A stretch of DNA of 64,000 bases, from the sequence record PV805631.1. The stretch is one strand, 5' to 3'. Below the pieces are notes generated by a model that saw only the letters and a program-made list of their open reading frames with translations, made no database searches and had not been told where the DNA came from. A program made the position numbers and the translations under genes. This document shows positions 15,848 through 26,616 of the stretch, piece by piece. The stretch comes from a phage. Each line of letters begins with the position of its first letter. Within the stretch, counting starts at the first letter, position 1.

Positions 15848-18412
15848 ATGTTAGTCGCAGATACCAATCAATCAGCCACTTCAGCGACACTGGGTGGCAA
15901 AGAAGCAATCGCTTTTGCCATCTCAGATGACCCGGCATTCTTTCATGTATTAAGTACCTCCTTGTATAACAACCCTACTCTGGCAGTAGTCCGTGAGACT
16001 ATCTGTAACAGTTGGGATGCTCATATTGAAGCAGGTAAGACTGATACTCCTATCCGTATTACTATTGATACAGACAATTTTATTACCTTCCGTGACTTCG
16101 GTAATGGGATACCAGATGAACTCATTGGTTCCATTTATGGTGTCTACGGTGCATCTACCAAGAAGTCCAACAGTAGTGTTACTGGTGGCTTTGGTTTGGG
16201 ATGTAAATCCCCATTCGCTTATACAGATAGCTTCCAGGTTACTTCATGGAACCAGGGAAAGATGTCAGTATATAACGTAGCTAAGGCTGCGATTGAGAAT
16301 GATGGTAAACCGGGTATTGTTCCTATTGTTACTGGTATTCCTACTGAGGAATCTGGTCTGGAAGTTAAATTCCAGCTAGGTAAACATGATGTGAATACCT
16401 TTGTACATTACATCACGTCAATTGTATTTAACGGTGAGATTAAGGCTGAGCTTAGTATTCCCAAACTTGTTCGTGAAGAAACAGGTAATAGTATTCAGCA
16501 GGGTAACTATACTCTACTGAATACGCTAGGTATGTCATTTGAACCAGGTTCATATGATATGTCTGATAAATGGTATCAAGGCTATATGGGTAACAGCACC
16601 ATCTTTGTTCGCTACGGTAACGTAATGTACCCAATAGTATCTAGCCCGGCTAGTGAAGAGGCTGTAGGTCTTATTCTCAACTTCATGAATATCATTGGAG
16701 CTGATAATTTAGTAGTTCAGGCTGCACCAGATACCTTAGCTATTGCCCCTAGTCGTGAAACGCTGTCTAACCAGAAGTTAACCGACGATGGTATTACTGC
16801 TCTATGCGTAGATTTAGTAGACCGTATGGAGAAAGAGATTAAGGCTAAGATTCCTGAAGCTATTAAGCAGGTTGAAGAATATGCCTCCCAATCTTCTACT
16901 CGTGACTGGGAATATCCTGCTTTCTTAAGTGCTGTTACAGACAGAACTGTTCAACGCTATATGTCCTCTAGTTTGTGGGCTAAGCAGCGTAAACATCATG
17001 TTAAGCACTGGCGTAATCTATCCAATAAGGCATTACTAGCTCGCCCTGAATATGCAGGGCTTAAAAAACTGTATAGTAAGGCTATGCGTGCTCTTAAGTG
17101 TACGCGTGAAGATAAAACATACTATCAATTCCAGGATTTAGTATATCGGCATCTGCACTTACCTCAGCTTGCTGCTTTAAAAGCTACAGGTATTAAGTGG
17201 TCTGGTTACATAATGAACCAGGGTAGCAGTGTTGGCCTGGTAACAGGTAAACTTACTGACTACTTTAAGATGGGCTATAACAGCCATTTGGGTATCGGTA
17301 TATTCACTACCAAGAACGTTGTAGTTACAAGACGTTTATCTGACTGTGCAGACTCTTTTTCATACTTCCCTGATTACACCCAAGGTGATCTGAAGCGTAC
17401 AGCTTTTGTTCACGTCGTTGGTCCTAAGAAAGGAGAAGCAGAAAAAGCTGTAGCTAAGTTCTCTGCTATGGGTTATCGGGTAATTGACCTTACTCAATAC
17501 AATGAGTGGGACAAGCCAACTAACTTCCGCAGGGAACAGGCTAAGATAGCTGCTGAGAAGCGTGCTAAGACAATAGCTGCCAATAAAACCAAAGCAGGGG
17601 GTAAAACTAATGCACTGGTTTCATTGAATGCAGTACTTGGTACTACCCCTGTACGAGATAAAAGCGGTGATTTGGTATCTAAACCATACATTGACAAGGA
17701 TTTTGCTGACCCAAGATTCCATGAGGAACCTAGATTCGTTGAGGTGGATCTGCCTAAGTACTACGTACCAGCCAGTCAGGTTGTTTCTGGTAGACCAGCA
17801 ACTGCCAAGATTGGAACCATGTGGAAATGGTATGAATTATCCGATGAGATGAAAGCAGAAACTGTTGTCTGTCGTAATCAAATCGAAGTTAACAAAGCCA
17901 AACGTCGTGGTGCTATTCACATTGACGATATTCGTCTTAATGAATTGATGTCTGTTATTACCAGCAAGGGATTCAAGAAGTACGCCACTGAACAACGTAA
18001 CGGTGTTCTTGAGTATCTTGATTTAAATGACAAAGAATACTGTGAAATCCTCGACATTCTTGGACTAACATTCAAACCATTACAGAGTCTGGTTCTTAAA
18101 CCAGAGTACGAATGGGCATGTGACTTCCTAAGAAATCATTCAAGTAACAAAGATAAACTGGTTGAGATGGGCCTCATTAAGTCAGTAGATGACTTGGAAC
18201 CATATGTAAGGATGGTTAATCCTCGTATGCATAAGTATTTCAAAGTACTTAACGAGTACAAAGGGTTATTTAGATATAGCTGGAATGATAATGACATCCT
18301 GCAAAGCCTGGATTTGAGTAGATTAATCAAACATCTCAAGAAAAATCCAGAGGATATTCCTGGGTTTAAGCCCCTCTACCGTAATCGTTTAAATAAACTG
18401 AAAGGTAAATAA
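15848..18412 (+). CDS. rIIA: rIIA-like protein
   Basis: N-terminal GHKL/HATPase-like motifs (NSWDAH, DFGNGI); size and position upstream of an rIIB-sized partner. Confidence 0.6.
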   Translation: MLVADTNQSATSATLGGKEAIAFAISDDPAFFHVLSTSLYNNPTLAVVRETICNSWDAHIEAGKTDTPIRITIDTDNFITFRDFGNGIPDELIGSIYGVYGASTKKSNSSVTGGFGLGCKSPFAYTDSFQVTSWNQGKMSVYNVAKAAIENDGKPGIVPIVTGIPTEESGLEVKFQLGKHDVNTFVHYITSIVFNGEIKAELSIPKLVREETGNSIQQGNYTLLNTLGMSFEPGSYDMSDKWYQGYMGNSTIFVRYGNVMYPIVSSPASEEAVGLILNFMNIIGADNLVVQAAPDTLAIAPSRETLSNQKLTDDGITALCVDLVDRMEKEIKAKIPEAIKQVEEYASQSSTRDWEYPAFLSAVTDRTVQRYMSSSLWAKQRKHHVKHWRNLSNKALLARPEYAGLKKLYSKAMRALKCTREDKTYYQFQDLVYRHLHLPQLAALKATGIKWSGYIMNQGSSVGLVTGKLTDYFKMGYNSHLGIGIFTTKNVVVTRRLSDCADSFSYFPDYTQGDLKRTAFVHVVGPKKGEAEKAVAKFSAMGYRVIDLTQYNEWDKPTNFRREQAKIAAEKRAKTIAANKTKAGGKTNALVSLNAVLGTTPVRDKSGDLVSKPYIDKDFADPRFHEEPRFVEVDLPKYYVPASQVVSGRPATAKIGTMWKWYELSDEMKAETVVCRNQIEVNKAKRRGAIHIDDIRLNELMSVITSKGFKKYATEQRNGVLEYLDLNDKEYCEILDILGLTFKPLQSLVLKPEYEWACDFLRNHSSNKDKLVEMGLIKSVDDLEPYVRMVNPRMHKYFKVLNEYKGLFRYSWNDNDILQSLDLSRLIKHLKKNPEDIPGFKPLYRNRLNKLKGK

Positions 18413-18416
18413 TCTG

Positions 18417-20462
18417 ATGAAAATCGAATTGATTTCTATCATCGCACTGGCAGTTGACAGTCGAAACCTCACACTGTGGAAGCCAGATGGCTCCACGGTT
18501 GTATATCCTCAGAGCGACCCACGGGTTGCTCGTATTGTATCTGAAGCACAGACCAAAGGTCTTGGTACTACCCAGGACCAAATAGAAGTAAACATTGCAC
18601 CAGAAGTAGAGCTACGTACTGAATATCTGGAAGCAGAGAAGAACACCAACGGATTCGTTCGCTTCTTTAAGGTAGCTAAAGCTAAACTCAAAGAGTTCTT
18701 CGAAGATGGTACAGGTGTTTCACCAGCCCGTACCGTTTCAGATATTAAGCTGGGTAATCCTACTAAGACGCTGGTATCTAAAGCTATGGATACCTTCCTG
18801 GCTGTTCAGGCTAATGAACCGGAGGTAACAGTAGCAGATGGTTACTACGACAAACGTGACAATCTGATGTGGGTTACTGGCTGGGATAAAGACCATAACC
18901 ATCTTGCACTGGTTCGTTTTATTAACGACGTACTTTGTTGGAGTCATAAACATACTGATCTTACTCTTAGACAAGAATGGCCTATTGCAATTCGTGCAGT
19001 ATCTGACGATGAAATGGGGGAGTTTGCTAAACAAGCTCAGAACATCAAAGGTGTACACGTTGTATTTACCAATCGTGGGGAAACACCACTGCCTTACGTG
19101 GAAGTAGCTAAAACTACGAACCAGGATAAGCTGGCTGCTGCTTCTGAGAAACTGGCTGCATTGGGTGCTATCAGCACCGATGATGCTAACTTCCACACTG
19201 ATGTGAAGGAAGATGAAGTGGTTGTTGCTGTTACCAACAATGGGGTTATCCCTGGGGTTGAGAACCTGCAACGTCACCTGCGTCAATCTGCCAAACTGAA
19301 AGACTACAAGGGCTTTACTAAGTTCCTTGAGCGTCTGGCTCCGGTTATTAAAGACCGCCTGCACTCAGTGGAAGACCTGATGAAGTTCATGGAAACTGCT
19401 GAACTGCCTATCGCTGATGATGGCTCTATCCTGTTTCTGAAACGCCTTGAGTTCAGAGGTGAAGAAAATGGTAAACGTGTATTCGTTGACTGTCACTCGG
19501 GTAACATCCGTCAGTGGGTAGGCTGTAAAGTACAGGTACGGGAAGACCTGGTAGACCCTGACCGTCGTCAGGACTGCTCTAATGGTCTGCACGTAGCATC
19601 CATGAGTTACATTCGTACCTTCGGTGGTAACGTAACTATCCTTGGTAAAGTAGCACCAGAAGATGTATTTGCTGTTCCTGAGTACAACACTAATAAGATG
19701 CGTGTAGCTGCGTATCACATTATTGCTGAACTACCGGAAGAGGAACGTTGCAACGTTAACAATGGCATTTATCTGTCTAAAACAGAAGTGGGTAAGAAAC
19801 TGCTTAATGATGCCATCGTTGGGAACCATAGTTCACCTACCACACTCGTTATGGTTGGTGGGCATCATGGCACTAACCTCAAATACACCAATCTCTCGTC
19901 TGGTTCTGTAGAACAGTTCCGTACAGTTGCTAATAAAGAGGCACTGAATATGGAAGAGTCACTGAATGAAGCTGTAGCTGCTGAACCAGTGAAGGCTACT
20001 GACCTTAAACCTATTGTTAATAAGGCTCCTACCGTGAAAGAACAAATCCAGGAACTGATTAAAGAGTTCCTTAACGCAACTACTCCGGAAGATAAATTAG
20101 CTGCTGCTGATTTGCTTGTGGAAATGCGAGGTAAGGCTCGTAAGCCATGGGCTGCTTTAGGTGTTGGTTCCGATGTGGTATCTAAGATTGCTGATGTGCG
20201 TAGTACTCGCATTCCTGCACCGAAAGCTGTACCAGTGAAGCAAGCTAAGGTTCATCGCTCGGCTACTGCTACTAAGGTAGCACCGTCTGGTAAACACGCT
20301 GATAACCTGCGTAGCATCCTGAACGATACGTCCTACTCTGACTATCAGAAAGGTCATGCTCTACAAGACTATAAGCGTCATGCCAAGAAGTCATTCACTG
20401 CAATGGGTCTGACTGAAGAAGAAGCTAAGTTGGCTACCAAGCTGGCCAAGGCCGTTAAGTAA
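18417..20462 (+). CDS. rIIB: rIIB-like protein
   Basis: Large ORF directly after the rIIA-like gene; synteny only. Confidence 0.45.
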   Translation: MKIELISIIALAVDSRNLTLWKPDGSTVVYPQSDPRVARIVSEAQTKGLGTTQDQIEVNIAPEVELRTEYLEAEKNTNGFVRFFKVAKAKLKEFFEDGTGVSPARTVSDIKLGNPTKTLVSKAMDTFLAVQANEPEVTVADGYYDKRDNLMWVTGWDKDHNHLALVRFINDVLCWSHKHTDLTLRQEWPIAIRAVSDDEMGEFAKQAQNIKGVHVVFTNRGETPLPYVEVAKTTNQDKLAAASEKLAALGAISTDDANFHTDVKEDEVVVAVTNNGVIPGVENLQRHLRQSAKLKDYKGFTKFLERLAPVIKDRLHSVEDLMKFMETAELPIADDGSILFLKRLEFRGEENGKRVFVDCHSGNIRQWVGCKVQVREDLVDPDRRQDCSNGLHVASMSYIRTFGGNVTILGKVAPEDVFAVPEYNTNKMRVAAYHIIAELPEEERCNVNNGIYLSKTEVGKKLLNDAIVGNHSSPTTLVMVGGHHGTNLKYTNLSSGSVEQFRTVANKEALNMEESLNEAVAAEPVKATDLKPIVNKAPTVKEQIQELIKEFLNATTPEDKLAAADLLVEMRGKARKPWAALGVGSDVVSKIADVRSTRIPAPKAVPVKQAKVHRSATATKVAPSGKHADNLRSILNDTSYSDYQKGHALQDYKRHAKKSFTAMGLTEEEAKLATKLAKAVK

Positions 20463-20477
20463 TAGCCTGTTCAAATG

Positions 20478-20501
20478 CCCTCACTTATAATAAAGTGAGG
20501 G
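20478..20501 (+). promoter_or_regulatory. 9-bp hairpin (CCCTCACTT / AAGTGAGGG) with TATAAT-containing loop
   Basis: Read directly; sits between rIIB-like gene and next ORF. Confidence 0.3.
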
Positions 20502-20524
20502 TAAATTTGAAGAGGAAGTGTACT

Positions 20525-20920
20525 ATGAGTTCTGTATACAGAGTTAATCGCAAAGCAACTGATGAAGACATCATTCGTATGAATGCTGTTGGTCTATCCC
20601 TCGCAACTATCGCTAAGACGTTGGGGGTTCACCCCACTACGGTTACTCTGCGATTGCGTTCTTTAAACATTGAACCAGCCGACACACGTCGGACGTTCAT
20701 GGAGAATGTACTCCGTCCATTACCAACCCATGTGGTAGATTGGCTATCAGAGCAAGTTGGTCCTGCTTATGAGATTCGTTCATATGTAAGGGACTTGATT
20801 CTGGAGGCATATAATAATCGCCACCTTAACCAAGAGAGTGAGCATGACAAGTTCATCCGTTTGTACGCTGGAAAACACACGGCAATGGTTTCTAAAAGCC
20901 GTACCAAATCCGACGAGTAA
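20525..20920 (+). CDS. Hypothetical protein with helix-turn-helix-like segment (131 aa)
   Basis: ATG with GAGGAAG upstream; LSLATIAKTLGVHPTTVTLRL resembles an HTH. Confidence 0.45.
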   Translation: MSSVYRVNRKATDEDIIRMNAVGLSLATIAKTLGVHPTTVTLRLRSLNIEPADTRRTFMENVLRPLPTHVVDWLSEQVGPAYEIRSYVRDLILEAYNNRHLNQESEHDKFIRLYAGKHTAMVSKSRTKSDE

Positions 20921-21299
20921 GAACATTAGTACCCAGATTGGTTGTCATCTGGAAGAAGTAGAAGAAATGCTTCAGACCATTTATCCAAATGGTAGCTACG
21001 ATGCAGAACTACTACAACGTGCACAGGATGCCATTACAAATCTGGCAAACCATATGAAGCGTAATGACGATGCCTACCGTATTGATGGTAGTACCAACTT
21101 GCTGGATGCACTAGCAGACCAGATTGTTACAGCAACTGGCGTCGGTACTTTCCTTGGGATGAATGTCCCTGGAGCATTGGCTGAAGTCAATCGCTCAAAC
21201 TATTCCAAGTTCGAAGATGGAGAACCTATCTTCAACGAGAACAAGAAAGTCATGAAGGGGAAAGATTACACTCCCCCTGATTTAAAACCTTACATCTAA
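20838..21299 (+). CDS. MazG-like nucleotide pyrophosphohydrolase candidate
   Basis: LEEVEEM (EExxE-type) and EVNRSNYSK motifs; overlaps upstream gene by 83 nt in another frame. Confidence 0.4.
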   Translation: MSMTSSSVCTLENTRQWFLKAVPNPTSKNISTQIGCHLEEVEEMLQTIYPNGSYDAELLQRAQDAITNLANHMKRNDDAYRIDGSTNLLDALADQIVTATGVGTFLGMNVPGALAEVNRSNYSKFEDGEPIFNENKKVMKGKDYTPPDLKPYI

Positions 21300-21319
21300 C
21301 CCTCTACGGAGGGTTTTTT
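21298..21319 (+). terminator. Intrinsic terminator (CCCTC-TACG-GAGGG + TTTTTT)
   Basis: Read directly. Confidence 0.65.
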
Positions 21320-21332
21320 ACTGGAGATTTAA

Positions 21333-22643
21333 ATGTTTTCCAAACCTACCAAAGCCCCATTGAACCAGGGGCAAGAAGCGGTTGCGAAGGAGTTCTTCGA
21401 CTTCCTGCTCGACCCTAATGCCACAGAGTTCGGAATAAGTGGACCTGGAGGAACTGGTAAGACATTCCTGATGTCGCACCTCATTGATGACACTATGCCT
21501 GCATATATGGAAACCTGTTCTCTAATGGGAACCAAGCCTCTGTATAACGAAGTTGTCATGACTGCGACCACGAACAAAGCTGCTGAAGTTCTGGCTCAAG
21601 CTACTGGACGTCCAACGTCTACCTATCATTCCTTCCAGGGACTGATTGTTAAGAATGACTTTAAAACCGGTGAGGCTAATGTCGTACCGTCTAAGTCATT
21701 CAATATTAAGAAGAACAAGATTATCTTCGTAGATGAAGCATCCATGATTGACCGTCAGTTACTTAAGTATGCACGTGAAGGTACTCACCAGTGCAAACTG
21801 GTATTCGTAGGTGATGCTTCTCAGCTTCTGCCTGTTAAAGAGAGTAAGTCTCCAGTGTATGCTGGCAATATCCCAACACACTATCTGACTGAACAGATGC
21901 GTACCGATACACCGGAACTCAAAGCATTGCACCAGCAATTGCGTGATACGGTGGAAGGTAAGACAGGCTTCCTGCCTATTAAATGTATTCCAGGCATTAT
22001 TGACTGGGTACAAGGGGAAGAGATGGAGAAACTGGTTCTCAGTCACTTCACCCAACCCACCAATAGCCGTATTGTTGCTTACACCAATGACCAGGTTATT
22101 AATTACAATAACTACATTCGTGAAGCTAATGGCTACGTAGGTGAATACTCCATTGGTGAACAACTAGTTTCTAACTCAGCTGTTCGCTTGGGCGGGGAAG
22201 ACCGTCTGTCTATCGAGCAGGACGTAAAACTCATTGACCAAGATAGCAGTACTCGCATGATTAAGGTTACAGGCGACCTGGAACTGGAAGTCCGTGATAG
22301 TACTCTAGACCTTGGTTATGGTGGTATTGTTAGTGAAGTACCAGTTCCTACCGACCCAGACTACTTCAACCGTTTGGTTAAGTGGTTAGGTAAAGAGAAG
22401 AACTGGGAACCTTACTTCCGCCTTAAAGAAACCATTCCAGACCTGCGTGCTACTCATGCATGTACTGTTCATAAATCACAAGGCTCTACTTACGACACAA
22501 TCTTCATTGATGCAAATGACCTCTCAAGCTGTCGCCAACCTGATATGGTTGCCCGTCTGCTTTACGTCGCTGTGTCTCGTGCCCGTAAGCGAGTAGTGTT
22601 CTATGGCAATCTTGCCAGTAAGTATGGTGGTCTAACTTTCTAA
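21333..22643 (+). CDS. Superfamily 1 DNA helicase (Dda/RecD-like)
   Basis: Walker A GPGGTGKT, Walker B IIFVDEAS, C-terminal VHKSQGSTYD motif. Confidence 0.75.
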   Translation: MFSKPTKAPLNQGQEAVAKEFFDFLLDPNATEFGISGPGGTGKTFLMSHLIDDTMPAYMETCSLMGTKPLYNEVVMTATTNKAAEVLAQATGRPTSTYHSFQGLIVKNDFKTGEANVVPSKSFNIKKNKIIFVDEASMIDRQLLKYAREGTHQCKLVFVGDASQLLPVKESKSPVYAGNIPTHYLTEQMRTDTPELKALHQQLRDTVEGKTGFLPIKCIPGIIDWVQGEEMEKLVLSHFTQPTNSRIVAYTNDQVINYNNYIREANGYVGEYSIGEQLVSNSAVRLGGEDRLSIEQDVKLIDQDSSTRMIKVTGDLELEVRDSTLDLGYGGIVSEVPVPTDPDYFNRLVKWLGKEKNWEPYFRLKETIPDLRATHACTVHKSQGSTYDTIFIDANDLSSCRQPDMVARLLYVAVSRARKRVVFYGNLASKYGGLTF

Positions 22644-22653
22644 GGGAGGGTAT

Positions 22654-23184
22654 ATGCCTCAGATTGGTTCAGCGACTATTGGTCAGGTTGCCAATAGTAG
22701 TGAGATAGTCAAACACCTGTTCTTAGCAGAACTGGTTCGTCTTGATGGTGTGTTAAACGGCATTATTGATAAGAATGATCGTATCAATGGCGTAGACGTA
22801 TCGGCTGGATTTCTTCATCAAGGGGAGTTCTATCAGCGTTCTAACGCTACCAGACCTCCAACCTACGGTGAGCGATTAACACTTAATCCAGAACTTTGGC
22901 CTGCAATGGACAAGTATCTGAAAGCCTCCAGTCGTCTGATTATGGAAGTACACCTTGTGAACCAGACTGTATATCGTCTGGTTCGTGGTTGTATGTCCTA
23001 TCAGGATGTACGTGATGCTTTACCTGAATGTCTGGTAGCACAAGACCAGACTGGTCAGTACAAAGGACTACCACGTACTCGTGAAGCTGCTTGGACTCTT
23101 GCTGGTGATGCTATGGCAATCAAACAGTATGAGAAGATTCTTCCCTCTATCGAGTACTATGCAGCTTCACATCTGATTTTCTAA
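22654..23184 (+). CDS. Hypothetical protein (176 aa)
   Basis: ORF track; between helicase and polymerase. Confidence 0.5.
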   Translation: MPQIGSATIGQVANSSEIVKHLFLAELVRLDGVLNGIIDKNDRINGVDVSAGFLHQGEFYQRSNATRPPTYGERLTLNPELWPAMDKYLKASSRLIMEVHLVNQTVYRLVRGCMSYQDVRDALPECLVAQDQTGQYKGLPRTREAAWTLAGDAMAIKQYEKILPSIEYYAASHLIF

Positions 23185-23193
23185 GGTAAAGCT

Positions 23194-25773
23194 ATGCGTT
23201 ACATCACCTCTCAGGATACTGGCAAGTATCCTATTGCTATCCTCGGTCATCAAATCCGAAGGGAGGAGATGATTAAAACCTACCTGCTGCCTTATGACCT
23301 AAGCATGGAAGATTTCATCTTCCTTGAACTTCATTCTGCCCCTGGCAAGAAGAAGACCCCTGCAAGGGAGATTAAGGAGTTCATACAGCAGGAACTACAG
23401 CAAGTACTGGATGATGCAGAGACTCAATACATTATCTGTACCGATTCTGACTACTTCAAAATACTGACTAAAGAAGCTAAAGCAGAGGCTAACCTCGGCT
23501 ATGTTTGTGATTCAGTATGGGGTAAGCAGAAGGTTATCTATACACCTAGCTACAGACAGGTCTTTTATGACCCACCTGTAGTGAAAGCCAAGATTGCTCA
23601 GGGAATGGATGCATTACTTAACCACATTCGCGGACAGTATGCTGAACCAGGGCAGGGAATCATTGAGTTTGAAGCCTACCCAGATACACCCGAAAAGATT
23701 AAAGCCTGGTTGGACCAGTTGCTTGAGATGAATAAGCCTCTGGCTATAGACATCGAATCATTCGGTTTAAAGCACTATAACGCAGGCATAGGAACGATTA
23801 CGTTCTGTTGGAGTAAGACACAAGGCATAGCCTTTAATGTGGACTACGAGCCAATTAAGGGAGCTACTGAAGCACCTTATGGGCGTATAAACAGGAATGA
23901 TGTTGTTCGTAACCTGTTACGCGAGTTCTTCATTAAGTACACCCAACGGCAGATGTATCACAACATTAGCTATGACGTGTACATACTTATCTATCAGTTA
24001 TTCATGGATAACCTGATTGATACGGAAGGCTTACTACATGGCATGGAAATCATGCTACGTAACTGGGACTGTACTAAGTTAATCACCTACCTGGCTACTA
24101 ACAGTTGTGCCGGTAATCACCTTAGTCTGAAAGACCAGGCTCAGGAGTATGCTGGTAACTATGCTCAGGATGATATTAAAGACATACGTCTTATTCCTAA
24201 TGAGCAACTGTTACGCTACAACCTCATTGATGGTTTGTGTACGTGGTACACCTACGAGAAGCACTGGGATACTCTCATTGCTGATGACCAACTAGATGTT
24301 TACAACAACATCTTTAAACCAGCCTGTGAAGACATTATTCAGATGCAGTTAACCGGTATGCCCATGAATATGGAAACCGTTAACCAAGTGGCTGAAGAGA
24401 TGGAAACTGACAGGAACCAGGCTTTGAAAACTATTCGTGAGTCTAAGCTCATGAAGAATTTCACCCTGATGCTTCGTCAGGAATGGGTAGACGATAAGAA
24501 TGCTAAGCTTAAGAAGAAGCAAGTAACATTGGCTGATTGTGACATTGAGTTTAATCCTAACTCCGGTCCTCAATTACAGAAACTGTTATTTGATTATATT
24601 GGCTTACCGGTTCTTGGTCTTACTAAGAGCAAGCAACCTGCTACTGACGGTGACACTATTAAAGCACTGCGTACACATACGCAGAGTGAAGATGTTAAGG
24701 AACTGCTCAATGCACTTATCGACTATAAACTCGTGGATAAGATTATCACTAGTTTTATACCAGCTTTCAGGAATGCCCAACCGGGGCCGGATGGCTGGCA
24801 CTATCTGTTCGGAAACCTCAATCTGGGAGGCACAGTCTCCGGTAGGCTATCGGCTTCAGAGCCAAATCTACAAACAATTCCATCCGGTTCTAAATATGCC
24901 AAGAAGATTAAGAAATGCTTCGAAGCCCCTCCTGGCTGGATATTTTGCGGTTTGGACTTCGCCTCGCTGGAAGACAGAATATCTGCATTGACTACCAAAG
25001 ACCCCCAGAAGCTGAAGGTGTATACCGATGGCTATGATGGTCATAGTCTTCGTGCGTATGCTTACTTTGGTGAGCAGATGCCAGACATAGTAGACACAGT
25101 TGAGTCAATCAATTCTATTCAGACGAAGTACAAGCACTTGCGTAGTGATTCTAAAGCCCCAACTTTCTTGCTTACCTATGGTGGCACGTACATGGGCTTG
25201 ATGAAAAACTGTGGCTTCTCAGAAGAGAAAGCTAAGACAACAGAGAAACGTTATCACGACCTCTATGTAGTTAGTGATGCGTGGGTTCAGGCTAAGCTAG
25301 ATGAAGCTGCCAAAACTGGTTATGTTACTGCTGCATTTGGTTTGAGAGTGCGTACTCCTTTACTGGCTCAGGTATTACGTGGGACATGTAAGACTCCATA
25401 TGAAGCAGAAGCTGAAGGTAGGACTGCTGGTAATGCCTTGGGGCAAAGCTGGTGTCTACTGAATAACCGTGCTGGTTCAGAATTTATGCGTAAAGTCAGA
25501 GCCAGTGAGTTCAGATTAGATATACGCCCTAGTATTCACATTCATGATGCTCAGTACTTCATGATTCGTGACAATATGGATACCTTGCAGTACACGAACA
25601 AGCACTTGGTGGAAGCCGTTAACTGGCAAGACCATCCTGATATTGCTCATCCAGAAGTTGGTTTGGGTGGGGAACTATCCTTGTTTTACCCAACGTGGGC
25701 TAACGAGATTGAGATTCCAAATCACGCTACCCCAGAAGAAGTTCATCAAATAATTCAAAAGGCATTCGCATGA
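23194..25773 (+). CDS. DNA polymerase, family A
   Basis: Pol I motif A (DFASLEDR), motif B (RSDSKAPTFLLTYGG), motif C (HIHDAQ); large N-terminal region consistent with an exonuclease domain. Confidence 0.9.
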   Translation: MRYITSQDTGKYPIAILGHQIRREEMIKTYLLPYDLSMEDFIFLELHSAPGKKKTPAREIKEFIQQELQQVLDDAETQYIICTDSDYFKILTKEAKAEANLGYVCDSVWGKQKVIYTPSYRQVFYDPPVVKAKIAQGMDALLNHIRGQYAEPGQGIIEFEAYPDTPEKIKAWLDQLLEMNKPLAIDIESFGLKHYNAGIGTITFCWSKTQGIAFNVDYEPIKGATEAPYGRINRNDVVRNLLREFFIKYTQRQMYHNISYDVYILIYQLFMDNLIDTEGLLHGMEIMLRNWDCTKLITYLATNSCAGNHLSLKDQAQEYAGNYAQDDIKDIRLIPNEQLLRYNLIDGLCTWYTYEKHWDTLIADDQLDVYNNIFKPACEDIIQMQLTGMPMNMETVNQVAEEMETDRNQALKTIRESKLMKNFTLMLRQEWVDDKNAKLKKKQVTLADCDIEFNPNSGPQLQKLLFDYIGLPVLGLTKSKQPATDGDTIKALRTHTQSEDVKELLNALIDYKLVDKIITSFIPAFRNAQPGPDGWHYLFGNLNLGGTVSGRLSASEPNLQTIPSGSKYAKKIKKCFEAPPGWIFCGLDFASLEDRISALTTKDPQKLKVYTDGYDGHSLRAYAYFGEQMPDIVDTVESINSIQTKYKHLRSDSKAPTFLLTYGGTYMGLMKNCGFSEEKAKTTEKRYHDLYVVSDAWVQAKLDEAAKTGYVTAAFGLRVRTPLLAQVLRGTCKTPYEAEAEGRTAGNALGQSWCLLNNRAGSEFMRKVRASEFRLDIRPSIHIHDAQYFMIRDNMDTLQYTNKHLVEAVNWQDHPDIAHPEVGLGGELSLFYPTWANEIEIPNHATPEEVHQIIQKAFA

Positions 25774-26075
25774 CTAAAAGTACTAAAGAAACCATCGTCA
25801 AAAAATATCATTGGATGGTGGCAGCACAGGTAATCTTCCAGCTCCCTAAAGCTGATGATGGTTCTCTGCTTACCATGAACACAATGCTGCTCACTACCGA
25901 ACCTCATGTGACCTATAAAGATTTGGCTCGTGCCAATCATTCCCTGAAAATTAGTCTGGACCAGCGTTTCGACACCTCAGTTGACCTGAAAGACATTGTT
26001 TATCTGTCTCTTAGCAACCTGGGTCTGATGTCTGAACCAGAGTTCCAGGCAAACATGATTCCCAAGGGGGAATAA
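25770..26075 (+). CDS. Hypothetical protein (101 aa)
   Basis: ORF track; start overlaps polymerase stop. Confidence 0.45.
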   Translation: MTKSTKETIVKKYHWMVAAQVIFQLPKADDGSLLTMNTMLLTTEPHVTYKDLARANHSLKISLDQRFDTSVDLKDIVYLSLSNLGLMSEPEFQANMIPKGE

Positions 26076-26545
26076 TGACTAAGCTCTCCGGTGGCCTTAA
26101 TAACTACTATGTAGTTTCAATTAAGAATCCCCAACGGAAAGAGCAAGAGCCATATCAAGCAGAGTGTGAGGATATTATCCAAGCACTGGGCATGACCTTC
26201 GATGAAGGTTGTGCCTTTAAAGCTCTATGGCGAAATGCTGCTGCCCGTATGGGTAATGGTAAACCAGGTAATAAAGCCCTGTATGACTGTGAGAAGCTAG
26301 TTCATTACGCTAATCGTATTCTCGCTAAAGAAAGGTTAGCGGAGGAACCAGCAGTCAAAGATGTCCTTAACTCTGTGTGTAATAATTGGATTTACTCTAA
26401 CGAGAAACCTCTGCTCACTAAACCATTTACGTTTATTGAGGTTATCTTCAAAGACCAGACTATCCCTATTCCAAGCACTTACCTTGCGAATAACATTGGA
26501 GCAATTCCTTGGGATAATGTACAGAAATACAGGATTACTTACTGA
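26075..26545 (+). CDS. Hypothetical protein (156 aa)
   Basis: ORF track. Confidence 0.5.
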   Translation: MTKLSGGLNNYYVVSIKNPQRKEQEPYQAECEDIIQALGMTFDEGCAFKALWRNAAARMGNGKPGNKALYDCEKLVHYANRILAKERLAEEPAVKDVLNSVCNNWIYSNEKPLLTKPFTFIEVIFKDQTIPIPSTYLANNIGAIPWDNVQKYRITY

Positions 26546-26616
26546 TGAAGATAACCAACAACCATGATGTCTCACTAGCTCTGGCTGTATGGCTATTGCA
26601 TGATGAGTAACTAATT

